Positions 1 to 8,286 of a stretch of DNA of 64,000 bases are shown here, piece by piece; positions within the stretch are counted from its first letter, which is position 1; each line of letters opens with the position of its first letter. The position numbers were made by a program, and so were the translations under genes. The stretch is taken from the NCBI GenBank assembly GCA_043813075.1, contig JBDRLL010000006.1, positions 1 through 64,000 on the forward strand, written 5' to 3'. Source of the stretch: Candidatus Altiarchaeota archaeon. Lineage in GTDB: Archaea; Altiarchaeota; Altiarchaeia; IMC4; SCGC-AAA252-I15. The notes beneath the pieces are model-generated. The model made no database searches. It saw only the letters and a program-made list of their open reading frames with translations, and was not told the origin of the DNA.

Positions 1-668
1 CTGGATGGTCAAGCTATCAGGGATATAATCAGCTTAAACGTGACGTCATAAGGGTAAAACCACGGGTTGTGGTAATAGAGTACGGATGGAATGACCATTG
101 GATAGGCTTTGGCATAGAGGATAAGAACGTTGGGAAGATTAAGCGCATGCAGTCATCGATTCCTGAAGAATTGAGGGGATACGGGCTATTCCAGTTGATT
201 ACGAAAGCAATGGTGGGATACTATGTAGACAATAATTCCAGGCCGAACAGGGTTTCACCAGATGATTTCAGGGAGAATCTGGTGAACATGGTGAGGACTG
301 CGAGGGAGAATGATATAACTCCCGTGCTGATAACCGCGCCAACGTCGCACGTCCAGGGTAGTGAGCCGTCTTATCTTGCCGCCAGATGGCTGAGAAGCCT
401 GGACGAGCTTGTGCCATTACACAGGGAATACGCGTCCATAGTCCGGGAGGTTTCAGCCAGCGAAGACGTGGTTTTATGCGACATTTTAGAGGATTTCGAA
501 AAACTACCCAGGGAGGATGTGGAGGAGAAATACTTTTCAAACGACGGGATACACCTCAAGCCGGAGGGAAATAAGAAGATCTCCGAGTTACTGGTTAAAT
601 GCTTTGAGGAAAACGGGTTATTAGACGAGCTGATAAAAAAGGACTTGACAGGACAGGATGAGACCTAG
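1..668 (+). CDS. SGNH/GDSL-family hydrolase (5'-truncated by window edge)
   Basis: Frame is open from the window start (GWSSYQG...VVIEYGWND, blocks II/III); C-terminal DGIH catalytic motif. Confidence 0.85.
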   Translation, partial: GWSSYQGYNQLKRDVIRVKPRVVVIEYGWNDHWIGFGIEDKNVGKIKRMQSSIPEELRGYGLFQLITKAMVGYYVDNNSRPNRVSPDDFRENLVNMVRTARENDITPVLITAPTSHVQGSEPSYLAARWLRSLDELVPLHREYASIVREVSASEDVVLCDILEDFEKLPREDVEEKYFSNDGIHLKPEGNKKISELLVKCFEENGLLDELIKKDLTGQDET

Positions 669-2310
669 GTTAAACGAAGGCGTGAGGGGTATTGTTAAAA
701 GCCTGCCGGAACCGAAGCCGGTCGAATGGCTCTACCTGGCATGCGGCATCCTCTTCTTTTACCGTTATTTCTTCATCATAGACGACGCATTCGTCTACTT
801 TAGGTATGTGGACAATCTCGTGCTCCTTAAAATCGGCTTAGTGTATAATTACGGTGAATACGTTGAAGCATACACCAGCCCGCTGTGGCTCCTCATACTA
901 ATCCCCTTCAGGGCGTTAATGCTAAGCTATGCGAAAATCATCCAGACCCTCGGACTCTCCTGCCTTTTCCTTTTCTGGCTTGGACTCGTTAAACTGAACA
1001 GACAGCTTTCCCCTGATGGCATTACCATAAACGTCCCCGCAGCATACCTAACATTCGTTTTCGCAGTACCATATTATTTTTCTTCAGGTCTTGAATCACC
1101 GCTAGTGCAATTGACTGCAGTAGCCTACGCACTCTATTTCCTAAACCATGAATCAAAGCCATTGCAGGCAGTAATAGGCGTATCACCGCTGATTCGGCCA
1201 GAATTCACCGCAACAGCATTATTGGTCGCAGTACTGCATGTTCTACGGCATAGGAGGATTCCCGCCGCAATGGTAACGGTTTTTGCGGCGTCAATGCTTT
1301 TCTGGCTTACATTCAGGGTATATTATTACGCTGAACTCCTTCCGAACACATTTTATTTAAAGGACATGTGGGATACCAGGCAGGGCATCGTATTTCTAAA
1401 AGACACGTTTGACACCTATTATTTCAGATGGTTTGCGTTATTCTTCATTCTAGGGGCGATAATACTGTATAAACACAAGGTTAGATTCAATCTTGCAGAT
1501 AGGACGGCCATGGTGTTGACTGCACTGGTCGTGGTGTTATACGTGGTGAAGATAGGCGGCGACCACAAGCACTACAGATACCTGGCATTCCCTTTCATCC
1601 TAATAACCTGCTCTTTCTCAGGGATACTGGAACATCTTTTCGCAAGGCTTTTTAACAAAAAATTCTTTGGATTCATCCAGCTGGCCGGGCTAGTCTTCTC
1701 AGTAATCGTGTTCACAACTTATCCTATGCAGTTGAGCAGGCATCCCATACACGGGGATTTGAACAACTACATGGTAAACTTGATTAACGTGGCATGGAAG
1801 CCCACAGACAATTACGCCGTTCATGTAGAGGATGATGGGATTGAAGAACGCCTCAAGTTCCATGCAACAGATAGAGGCTTCCAGTACAATGGAGTGAGGT
1901 TAGAAGCGCACTGCTACATACTCTATGATAACTACTACAACTACGCGTTGAACCGTTTTGGCGTGACCGACAGCATACTAGCGAGGATGGATTGCGATCA
2001 ACTGCGTCCAGGACATAAACTGTCACTCACCCCTTATGCAGTCCATATGGCAGGGATAATAAGAGATTATGGGGAACCACGTAGGGGCATGTATAGGGAT
2101 GCTATTGAGAATGGCACAGCGCAAGCATGGGTGGTGGGGAACATTGACGCAATAGAGATAGTGGAAAAGAAGATATACAATAAACATGATTTCTACGAGA
2201 ACCTTAGGCTTGCACTCAATTTTCCAGGGAAGATTAGATGCCTTGGAACACACATGCCAGAACAGAACACGAGCATGAGGGACAAACCCCCGGAAAACAC
2301 CATAGAATAG
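658..2310 (+). CDS. Polytopic membrane GT-C-fold glycosyltransferase-like protein
   Basis: DDAFVYFRY...GLVYNYGEYVEAYTSPLW, SGLE, RPE and GGD..RY motifs; many TM segments. Confidence 0.7.
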   Translation: MRPRLNEGVRGIVKSLPEPKPVEWLYLACGILFFYRYFFIIDDAFVYFRYVDNLVLLKIGLVYNYGEYVEAYTSPLWLLILIPFRALMLSYAKIIQTLGLSCLFLFWLGLVKLNRQLSPDGITINVPAAYLTFVFAVPYYFSSGLESPLVQLTAVAYALYFLNHESKPLQAVIGVSPLIRPEFTATALLVAVLHVLRHRRIPAAMVTVFAASMLFWLTFRVYYYAELLPNTFYLKDMWDTRQGIVFLKDTFDTYYFRWFALFFILGAIILYKHKVRFNLADRTAMVLTALVVVLYVVKIGGDHKHYRYLAFPFILITCSFSGILEHLFARLFNKKFFGFIQLAGLVFSVIVFTTYPMQLSRHPIHGDLNNYMVNLINVAWKPTDNYAVHVEDDGIEERLKFHATDRGFQYNGVRLEAHCYILYDNYYNYALNRFGVTDSILARMDCDQLRPGHKLSLTPYAVHMAGIIRDYGEPRRGMYRDAIENGTAQAWVVGNIDAIEIVEKKIYNKHDFYENLRLALNFPGKIRCLGTHMPEQNTSMRDKPPENTIE

Positions 2311-2322
2311 CGGGGGACATAC

Positions 2323-2886
2323 TTATACCTTCCCCACTCTTTCAAGCCCTTTCTCCAGACGCTTCAAGTAGACGACGTTCTCCAGAAGGCTAGAGGGGGT
2401 TAAACCGAATCCCTTGCTCTCAAAAAACCTACTCGCCCGGACATTATCCCTGTGGGTTATGGCGACAGCAGAGTCATACGCGTCCAGTGAACCCATAAGC
2501 CCGTCGTAAAGCCTGGAGCCGACAGCAGACCGGTGGAGCATGGGCCTCACGAATATCGCGCACTCCACGACACTGTCTCCCATAAGCCCGGTTAAGCCGA
2601 TACGACTCTTGTCACCGTCATCCAATCCCACACCAAAGACCATGCCGAGGACAACACCCTTATCAGACTTCGCGCCGATTATGACGCTGTCCTTAGGGTC
2701 GTCGAACACCTGCATCAGCGAGCCAGCACTCTCCCTGGTGAACAGTCCGCCGGATACTTCATAAGCCTCGTCAAGCACCCTCCGGACTTCACCTCGGTCC
2801 AGCTGGCCTCCAGGCACCAAATCATAGTTTACGATATGACCTATCTGCGGGAAGTCAGCCTTCAGCTGGGCGACATACTTAGACAT
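2323..2886 (-). CDS. GNAT-family N-acetyltransferase
   Basis: IFVRPMLHRSAVGSRL (motif A) and NVRASRFFESKGF (motif B); start moved to ATG 2886 because the longer ORF overlaps the tRNA. Confidence 0.7.
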   Translation of the reverse strand: MSKYVAQLKADFPQIGHIVNYDLVPGGQLDRGEVRRVLDEAYEVSGGLFTRESAGSLMQVFDDPKDSVIIGAKSDKGVVLGMVFGVGLDDGDKSRIGLTGLMGDSVVECAIFVRPMLHRSAVGSRLYDGLMGSLDAYDSAVAITHRDNVRASRFFESKGFGLTPSSLLENVVYLKRLEKGLERVGKV

Positions 2887-2939
2887 CCTAGAATCATAAT
2901 GATATGCGGCAGACGCAAAGAAAAACAATTTACAGCAAA

Positions 2940-3134
2940 CGCCCCCGCAAGGACTTGAACCTTGGACCACTCGATTACTGCGAACCCCTTTTCTTTCCCG
3001 AAAGAAAAGGTGTTTCATCCCCAAAAGAGAGGGGAATCCCGCCTTTTTTTCTTTCTTTTCCGTAAACGCTTTCTTTCCTAAAGAAAGAAAAGGGTTTTAA
3101 CAGTCGAGCGCTCTACCAACTGAGCTACAGAGGC
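2940..3134 (-). tRNA. tRNA-Asn(GTT) with 122-nt intron at 37/38 (exon 1 3134-3098, intron 3097-2976, exon 2 2975-2940)
   Basis: 5' exon GCCTCTGTAGCTCAGTTGGTAGAGCGCTCGACTGTTA and 3' exon ATCGAGTGGTCCAAGGTTCAAGTCCTTGCGGGGGCG form a full cloverleaf; CTGT/GCAG central helix of a relaxed BHB motif; CCA not encoded. Confidence 0.92.
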
Positions 3135-3263
3135 ATGTACCATATTATTTTTAATGTTCTTCCCAGCCTTTTTGGCTGGTGCATGTGCATGAGGGATCGT
3201 GCGATCCCTACATCCGCAGCGCGTGTGAACGGAGCGAGCCGTTCCAACTGAGCTACAGAGGCA
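3116..3263. repeat. Exact 20-bp direct repeat ccaactgagctacagaggca (3116-3135 and 3244-3263), covering tRNA-Asn positions 1-19
   Basis: Direct sequence comparison. Confidence 0.95.
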
Positions 3264-3420
3264 ACCGCAAAATCGGTTGGCGCTTTGGTGCGGCGTTCGC
3301 TCACTTTAAAGCTCGCTCAGCCGCATTGAACGTGAATACACATCGCTGGAACACTGGTTGCGTTCCAGGTCACTTAAGATTCTTCGTTGTTGTGAAATAA
3401 AAATAATTTGGAGGGGGTTT

Positions 3421-4020
3421 TTATTTCGCCCTCCTCTTGTTTGACCGGATGCTGGGCCTTGATTTCTCGGAGCCTTTCCCTGTCTTCTGTAGTCCGCGGC
3501 CTTTTTTGCCTGCCGGCGTAAGCCCGCGGTAGACTCTCCTGTTGTGTTGGGGCTCTGATATCCAGCTTATCCTCTTGTCGTTCTTGATTGCCGGATGCTG
3601 CTTGTCCACTAGGACGACTTCATACCACTTGTATTTCCCGTCCTCCAGGACCCAGTAGGAGCCGAGCACCTCCATGTTTGGGAACCTTTTCTGGGCTCTC
3701 TCCTCGCCTATCCTCTGTATGCTCTTGCCGGCCGTTATCTTCTTGACTCCCATGCGTTTGGGGCGTCTTCCCTTTACGGGACGTGACTTGCGCATGCTCC
3801 CGGTCCTAACGCGGACACGGGCGACGATGAACCCCTGCTTGGCGCGGTAGCCGTACTGGCGTGCCTTGTCAATCCGTGTCGGATTCTCGACTTTCACGAC
3901 AGTCCTGCCCTTGCGCCATGACTTCTTCCGTTCGACCAGTATCTGGCCTAAATCGCCTTCCCCCGCCTTGTTTTTGCCGGGTGACTCGTAGAGTTTTTTA
4001 ACGTACTTCATGTATCCCAT
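3421..4020 (-). CDS. rpl15e: 50S ribosomal protein eL15 (L15e)
   Basis: PTRIDKARQYGYRAKQG, RPKRMG, SYWV..DG.YKWYEVVLVD, RGLTPAGKKGRGL; GGAGG upstream of ATG 4020. Confidence 0.97.
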   Translation of the reverse strand: MGYMKYVKKLYESPGKNKAGEGDLGQILVERKKSWRKGRTVVKVENPTRIDKARQYGYRAKQGFIVARVRVRTGSMRKSRPVKGRRPKRMGVKKITAGKSIQRIGEERAQKRFPNMEVLGSYWVLEDGKYKWYEVVLVDKQHPAIKNDKRISWISEPQHNRRVYRGLTPAGKKGRGLQKTGKGSEKSRPSIRSNKRRAK

Positions 4021-4044
4021 AGAAACCGCCTCCAAAAAATTTTA

Positions 4045-4115
4045 TTGATTTGCCTGCGGATTCACGGCCTTCAGGTGCCGCACATCTCCGTTTGTATTGG
4101 CTGGTAGAGTTATAC
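4045..4115 (-). promoter_or_regulatory. Putative structured 5' leader of rpl15e (candidate eL15 ribosomal leader)
   Basis: GC-rich structured island (CCAGC...GATGTG CGGC..GCCG TGAATCCG) in an otherwise AT-rich spacer directly upstream of rpl15e; an eL15-Euryarchaeota leader family is described. Confidence 0.55.
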
Positions 4116-4197
4116 GGAAGTAGTGTTTAAAAATCATGTGGGGCATATATAAGCGTTAAATTTGAATTAGATATAACATTTCATAAGGTGGTTTTTA

Positions 4198-4821
4198 GTG
4201 CCCTGGAAAAAGCTGTTAAAATGGTTTAACCGCATGTTTGGTAAGAAAAAAGTCGTGCGCCTCGGCTTGTATGGCCCGCCTAACGCCGGGAAGACGACTC
4301 TCGCCAACAAGATTTCTATGGACTGGACTGGAGAGCCGATGGGCGCCGTCTCCGAGATACCCCATGAGACGCGTGAAGTCCAGAAGAAGGAGCATGTCGT
4401 CGTTAAGAGCGACGGCCACACCATCGAGATGAATCTGCTTGACATGCCGGGTATAGCCACTAAGATAGACTTCGAGGAGTTCCTTGAGTTCGGGATGGAC
4501 AGGAGGGAGGCTCAGAAGAGGGCTAAGGAGGCTACGAAGGGTGTTATTGAGGCTATAAAGTGGCTTGAGAACGTGGACACCGCCCTGGTGGTCATGGACT
4601 CGACCGAGGACCCGTACACGCAAGTCAACATCACCATAATAGGGAATCTTGAGGCTAGGGAGATTCCGGTCATAATAGTGGCGAATAAGATAGACAAGAA
4701 GAACGCTAATCCGGATAGCATTAGGGAAGCCTTCCCCCAGCACCCGGTGGTCGAGTTGTCGGCCATGAAGGGTGATCACGTAAATGAATTGTACAAGGCG
4801 ATTGCCAAGCATTCGAGGTAA
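4198..4821 (+). CDS. oapA: Small Era-like GTPase, OapA/ArvA family
   Basis: GPPNAGKT, PHETR, DMPG, NKID, RAKEATKGVIEAIKWL; followed by oapB/oapC-like genes. Confidence 0.88.
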   Translation: MPWKKLLKWFNRMFGKKKVVRLGLYGPPNAGKTTLANKISMDWTGEPMGAVSEIPHETREVQKKEHVVVKSDGHTIEMNLLDMPGIATKIDFEEFLEFGMDRREAQKRAKEATKGVIEAIKWLENVDTALVVMDSTEDPYTQVNITIIGNLEAREIPVIIVANKIDKKNANPDSIREAFPQHPVVELSAMKGDHVNELYKAIAKHSR

Positions 4822-4826
4822 GTGTA

Positions 4827-5207
4827 ATGGATATTGAACTTGAATTCGTGTCGGCGGACATACTGAGGGCTATGACGATATACGAGAAGATAAACTACAT
4901 ACTCGAGCACGTGAAGGAGGATAAGATAATAGTCATCGAGGAGAGCATGTCGCCTAATGAGGAGACCGCGTTGATTGAGGCGACGATGAAGGAGATAAGC
5001 AAGAAGTTTCCGGGCATAGAGGTATCGACCCTCAGGGAGAGGGGTGCTGAGGGCATGCGTGAGCGGCTTATCAGGATACTCGGCGGGAGCACCGGGGGTT
5101 TGACTGTGATAGGGCCAAGCAAGCTGATAAAGAACGTTAGCAAGAGGCCTGACCAGATTTCCATGCTCGCGGGGGGCGATGATAAGAGGAGGAAGGGTAA
5201 GAAGTAG
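4827..5207 (+). CDS. oapB: DUF2073 protein, OapB/ArvB
   Basis: EEsMSPNEETALIEATM, FPGIEV, GLTVIGP; synteny with the GTPase. Confidence 0.85.
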   Translation: MDIELEFVSADILRAMTIYEKINYILEHVKEDKIIVIEESMSPNEETALIEATMKEISKKFPGIEVSTLRERGAEGMRERLIRILGGSTGGLTVIGPSKLIKNVSKRPDQISMLAGGDDKRRKGKK

Positions 5208-5228
5208 GGGTTTGATGGGGTTTATCTT

Positions 5229-5609
5229 ATGCCGCACAAGTGCGCTAGATGCAGCAGCATCTATGAGGACGGGTCTGACGAGTTGATTAATGGTTGTGGC
5301 TGCGGTTCACGTGTTTTCCTTTATCTCAGGTCCGATTATGCTGGGAGCAGGGAGGAGACCCTGAGGGTTCTCGAGGAGAAGAAGCTGAGTGACAGCGAGG
5401 TTGACTGGCTTGATGAGGAGTTCAAGGACAGGCTCGCTAGGGAGGAGAGGACGATAAGCCTGGATATCGAGAACGTATTGAGGATTGATGAGGGCAAATA
5501 CCGTCTTGACCTGCAGTCCCTGATGAGGGGCGAGCCGATCGTGATAAAGGCCAGGGACGGGGTGTATTATATAGACATACCTTATTCCATGCGGAAGAAG
5601 AGCAGGTAG
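5229..5609 (+). CDS. oapC: Zn-ribbon protein DUF2072, OapC/ArvC
   Basis: MPHKCARC...GCGCGSRVF, G.YRLDL, DGVYYI; synteny. Confidence 0.85.
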   Translation: MPHKCARCSSIYEDGSDELINGCGCGSRVFLYLRSDYAGSREETLRVLEEKKLSDSEVDWLDEEFKDRLAREERTISLDIENVLRIDEGKYRLDLQSLMRGEPIVIKARDGVYYIDIPYSMRKKSR

Positions 5610-5610
5610 C

Positions 5611-6150
5611 CTATCTTATGTAGTCTTGCGTGGCCTGCCGGTCCAATTCCATTGACTCGCGGGCAACGTCGTCCGAGTATATGTGGAAGTACTTTAGGCA
5701 GTAGTATCTAGCAGCCTCCCTGCACCGGTTCACTGTCTCCAGCGATTCCATGAACGTTTTTTTAGAGGGTTTCTCGTCGAGCCATATCTTGTGTATGACG
5801 TCAAAGCGTTGGGGTCTCTTTTCCCCGTCGAATTTGAGGTATACGCTCGGCTGCGCGAGGAGGAATATGCTGTAGAACGAGTACTTGAATTCCTCGAGTT
5901 TTTTTTTGTCCAGTTTCTCGTAGGCTTCCATGAACTTGTCCGAGTTGAGGGTGAGGCTGCTGCCCACCATCAGGACGTCGTTCTTGTCTTTGGGGGAGTA
6001 GACTAGCGTCTTGAGCTTGCTTTTCTCGGGATAGTTGATGAATAGTAGGAAATGATCCCTGTCAGACTCTTTCTCGTAGTGGTTGACCCCCTCCTCATCA
6101 CACCAGTCTGTTATCTGTTGCTTAAGCAGGTTGAAATCACCGGCATCCAT
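5611..6150 (-). CDS. DUF2299/YbjN-like hypothetical protein
   Basis: Size and IxxWcxEEG...IWLD..sKktFMES pattern. Confidence 0.5.
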   Translation of the reverse strand: MDAGDFNLLKQQITDWCDEEGVNHYEKESDRDHFLLFINYPEKSKLKTLVYSPKDKNDVLMVGSSLTLNSDKFMEAYEKLDKKKLEEFKYSFYSIFLLAQPSVYLKFDGEKRPQRFDVIHKIWLDEKPSKKTFMESLETVNRCREAARYYCLKYFHIYSDDVARESMELDRQATQDYIR

Positions 6151-6187
6151 GTTATTAATTCTGCACAGTATTATAAGATTAACTGTT

Positions 6188-6874
6188 ATGATAGACGTTG
6201 TGCTGCCGGCCTACAATGAGGAGGAACATCTCAGGGATAATGCCGGAAGGCTCTACGATTATCTGACTGGGAACATTGAGGGGGAGTGGAGGCTGATAAT
6301 CGCCGACAATGGTTCGACAGACGGGACGCTGGGGATAGCGAGGGCGTTAAGCAGGGAGTACGAGAGGGTAACCTGCTCCTCCATGTTGGAGAAGGGTAGG
6401 GGCAGGGCGTTACGCAAGGCGCTGTCTGAGAGCGAGGCTGAAGTCCTCGTCTACATGGACGTGGACTTGTCCACCGACTTGAAAGACCTTAACGCACTCA
6501 TCTCCGAAGTTAGGGGGGGGAGTGCCGTGGCGACAGGCTCCAGGCTGATAAGCGGGTCAGACGTTAAACGCAGGTTCGTCAGGGATTTGCTATCCAAGTC
6601 CTACAACAGGCTGGCGAGGATAATAACCAGGTCGGGCGTAAATGACCTCCAGTGCGGTTTCAAGGCATTCAACGTGCGGGAGGTCGGGAAGATTCTTCCA
6701 GAAGTGGAGGACAACAACTGGTTCTTTGACACTGAATTGCTGGTAAAAGCGGAGAGGATGGGCCTCAAAGTGTCTGAGATACCCGTCAGGTGGGTTGAGA
6801 GCGAAAAAAGCAGTGTTAATGTCAGACGAATCATCACGTATTACATAAGGAACCTGTGGAGAATCAGGGCATAG
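6188..6874 (+). CDS. GT2 glycosyltransferase (dolichyl-phosphate hexose synthase-like)
   Basis: VVLPAYNEE, DNGSTDGT, YMDVDLS, DLQCGFKAF, WFFDTELL; start at ATG 6188. Confidence 0.9.
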   Translation: MIDVVLPAYNEEEHLRDNAGRLYDYLTGNIEGEWRLIIADNGSTDGTLGIARALSREYERVTCSSMLEKGRGRALRKALSESEAEVLVYMDVDLSTDLKDLNALISEVRGGSAVATGSRLISGSDVKRRFVRDLLSKSYNRLARIITRSGVNDLQCGFKAFNVREVGKILPEVEDNNWFFDTELLVKAERMGLKVSEIPVRWVESEKSSVNVRRIITYYIRNLWRIRA

Positions 6875-6885
6875 AATACAAGAAT

Positions 6886-6903
6886 ATTTTATATTATAAA
6901 AGA
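6886..6903. promoter_or_regulatory. AT-rich palindromic site attttatattataaaaga upstream of purB (identical copy at 12146-12163)
   Basis: TTTTATA-T-TATAAAA 7-1-7 inverted repeat; 18/18 match between the two intergenic copies. Confidence 0.5.
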
Positions 6904-6951
6904 CTGTTTTGTGGGGGTAATATTTAACCCCAGCTAATATGTAAGTCCAAT

Positions 6952-8286
6952 ATGAGCATCCATCCTATTGAGACAAGATACGGGAGAAAGGGGGTCAAGA
7001 GTATTTTCGAGGAGGAGGTTAAGCTCCAGAAGATGCTGGACGTCGAGGCCGCACTAGCGAGAGCCCACGCAGCGGTCGGTAACATACCTGAGAAAGACGC
7101 TAGGGCGATATCAAGGAAAGCCAGTGTGAAGATAGTCAATATTGACCGGGTCAGTGAGATAGAGAAGACCATAAGGCATGACGTCATGGCCATGGTGAAG
7201 GCCTTGAGCGAGAAGTGCGGTAACTCTGGCAGGTTCGTGCACTATGGGGCCACAAGCAATGACATAACTGACACTGCCATGGCACTGCAGCTCAAGGAGT
7301 ACGTGGTCTTCCTGGCGGACGATTTGAACAGGCTGAGGAACGTTCTGAAAAAGCAGGCTAAGAACAACATAAAGAGAGTTTGTGTGGGCAGGACCCACGG
7401 GCAGCATGCCGTGCCAACCACTTACGGCCTCAAGTTCGCGATATGGGCTGCTGAAGTCCAGAGGCACATAGACAGGCTGAACGACTGCAAGCAGAGGATG
7501 CTGGTCGGCCAGATGACTGGTGCCGTCGGCACTCAGGCGGCTTTCGGCAAGCATGCCGTGAAGATACAGAAGCTCACTATGGAGTATCTTGGGTTAAAGC
7601 CTGTGATGTCTTCGAACCAGGTGATACAACGGGACAGGCACGGGGAATTCCTCCTGCTACTCGCGCTCATCAGCGAGACGCTCAACAAGATATGCACTGA
7701 GGTAAGGAACCTCCAGAGGACGGAGATAAGCGAGGTGAGTGAGGGATTCAAGAACAAGCAGGTCGGGTCCTCCACGATGCCACACAAGAGAAATCCGATA
7801 TACGCTGAGAGGGTTTGCGGCCTCTCTAGGGTGGTGAAGGCGAATGCTTTCGCTGGGCTGGATAACATCCCCATGTGGCATGAGAGGGATCTGACGAACT
7901 CGAGTTGCGAGAGGATTATAATACCTGAGTCCTGCATACTCACAGACTACATACTGAACCTCACGATAGACGTCCTCGATAACCTGGTCTTCAACGACGA
8001 AGCCATACAGAGGAATCTGAGGATGACTGACGGGAGGATAATGGCTGAGGCGGTCATGATAAGCCTTACAGAGCGGGGTGTTGGCAGGCAGGATGCTCAC
8101 GAGCTCACCAGGGAATGCGCTATGGAGAGCTTCGAGAAGAACAAGCCGTTCAGGGACGTGCTATTGAAGAACAAGGATGTTAAGAGGCTGATAACGCCCG
8201 ATGAGCTGGATGCGATACTTGAGCCGTCCAACTACATCGGAACGTCCATCCATCAGGTCGAGAGGATGCTTAAGGAGTTAAACTAG
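6952..8286 (+). CDS. purB: Adenylosuccinate lyase
   Basis: HYGATSND, GRTHGQHA, GSSTMPHKRNP signature. Confidence 0.96.
   Translation: MSIHPIETRYGRKGVKSIFEEEVKLQKMLDVEAALARAHAAVGNIPEKDARAISRKASVKIVNIDRVSEIEKTIRHDVMAMVKALSEKCGNSGRFVHYGATSNDITDTAMALQLKEYVVFLADDLNRLRNVLKKQAKNNIKRVCVGRTHGQHAVPTTYGLKFAIWAAEVQRHIDRLNDCKQRMLVGQMTGAVGTQAAFGKHAVKIQKLTMEYLGLKPVMSSNQVIQRDRHGEFLLLLALISETLNKICTEVRNLQRTEISEVSEGFKNKQVGSSTMPHKRNPIYAERVCGLSRVVKANAFAGLDNIPMWHERDLTNSSCERIIIPESCILTDYILNLTIDVLDNLVFNDEAIQRNLRMTDGRIMAEAVMISLTERGVGRQDAHELTRECAMESFEKNKPFRDVLLKNKDVKRLITPDELDAILEPSNYIGTSIHQVERMLKELN

Noticed and set aside
1-2939. Genomic island integrated at the tRNA 3' end
   Set aside because: No integrase or 3'-end att duplicate in the window; cannot be supported here
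2887-3024. N-terminal extension of the GNAT ORF
   Set aside because: It overlaps the tRNA exon and intron; ATG 2886 is the plausible start
3179-3400. 73-aa ORF in the tRNA/rpl15e spacer
   Set aside because: No motif; it runs through the hairpins and the tRNA-derived repeat
4110-4197. Possible replication origin beside oapABC
   Set aside because: Short AT-rich divergent promoter only; no ORB repeats and no cdc6
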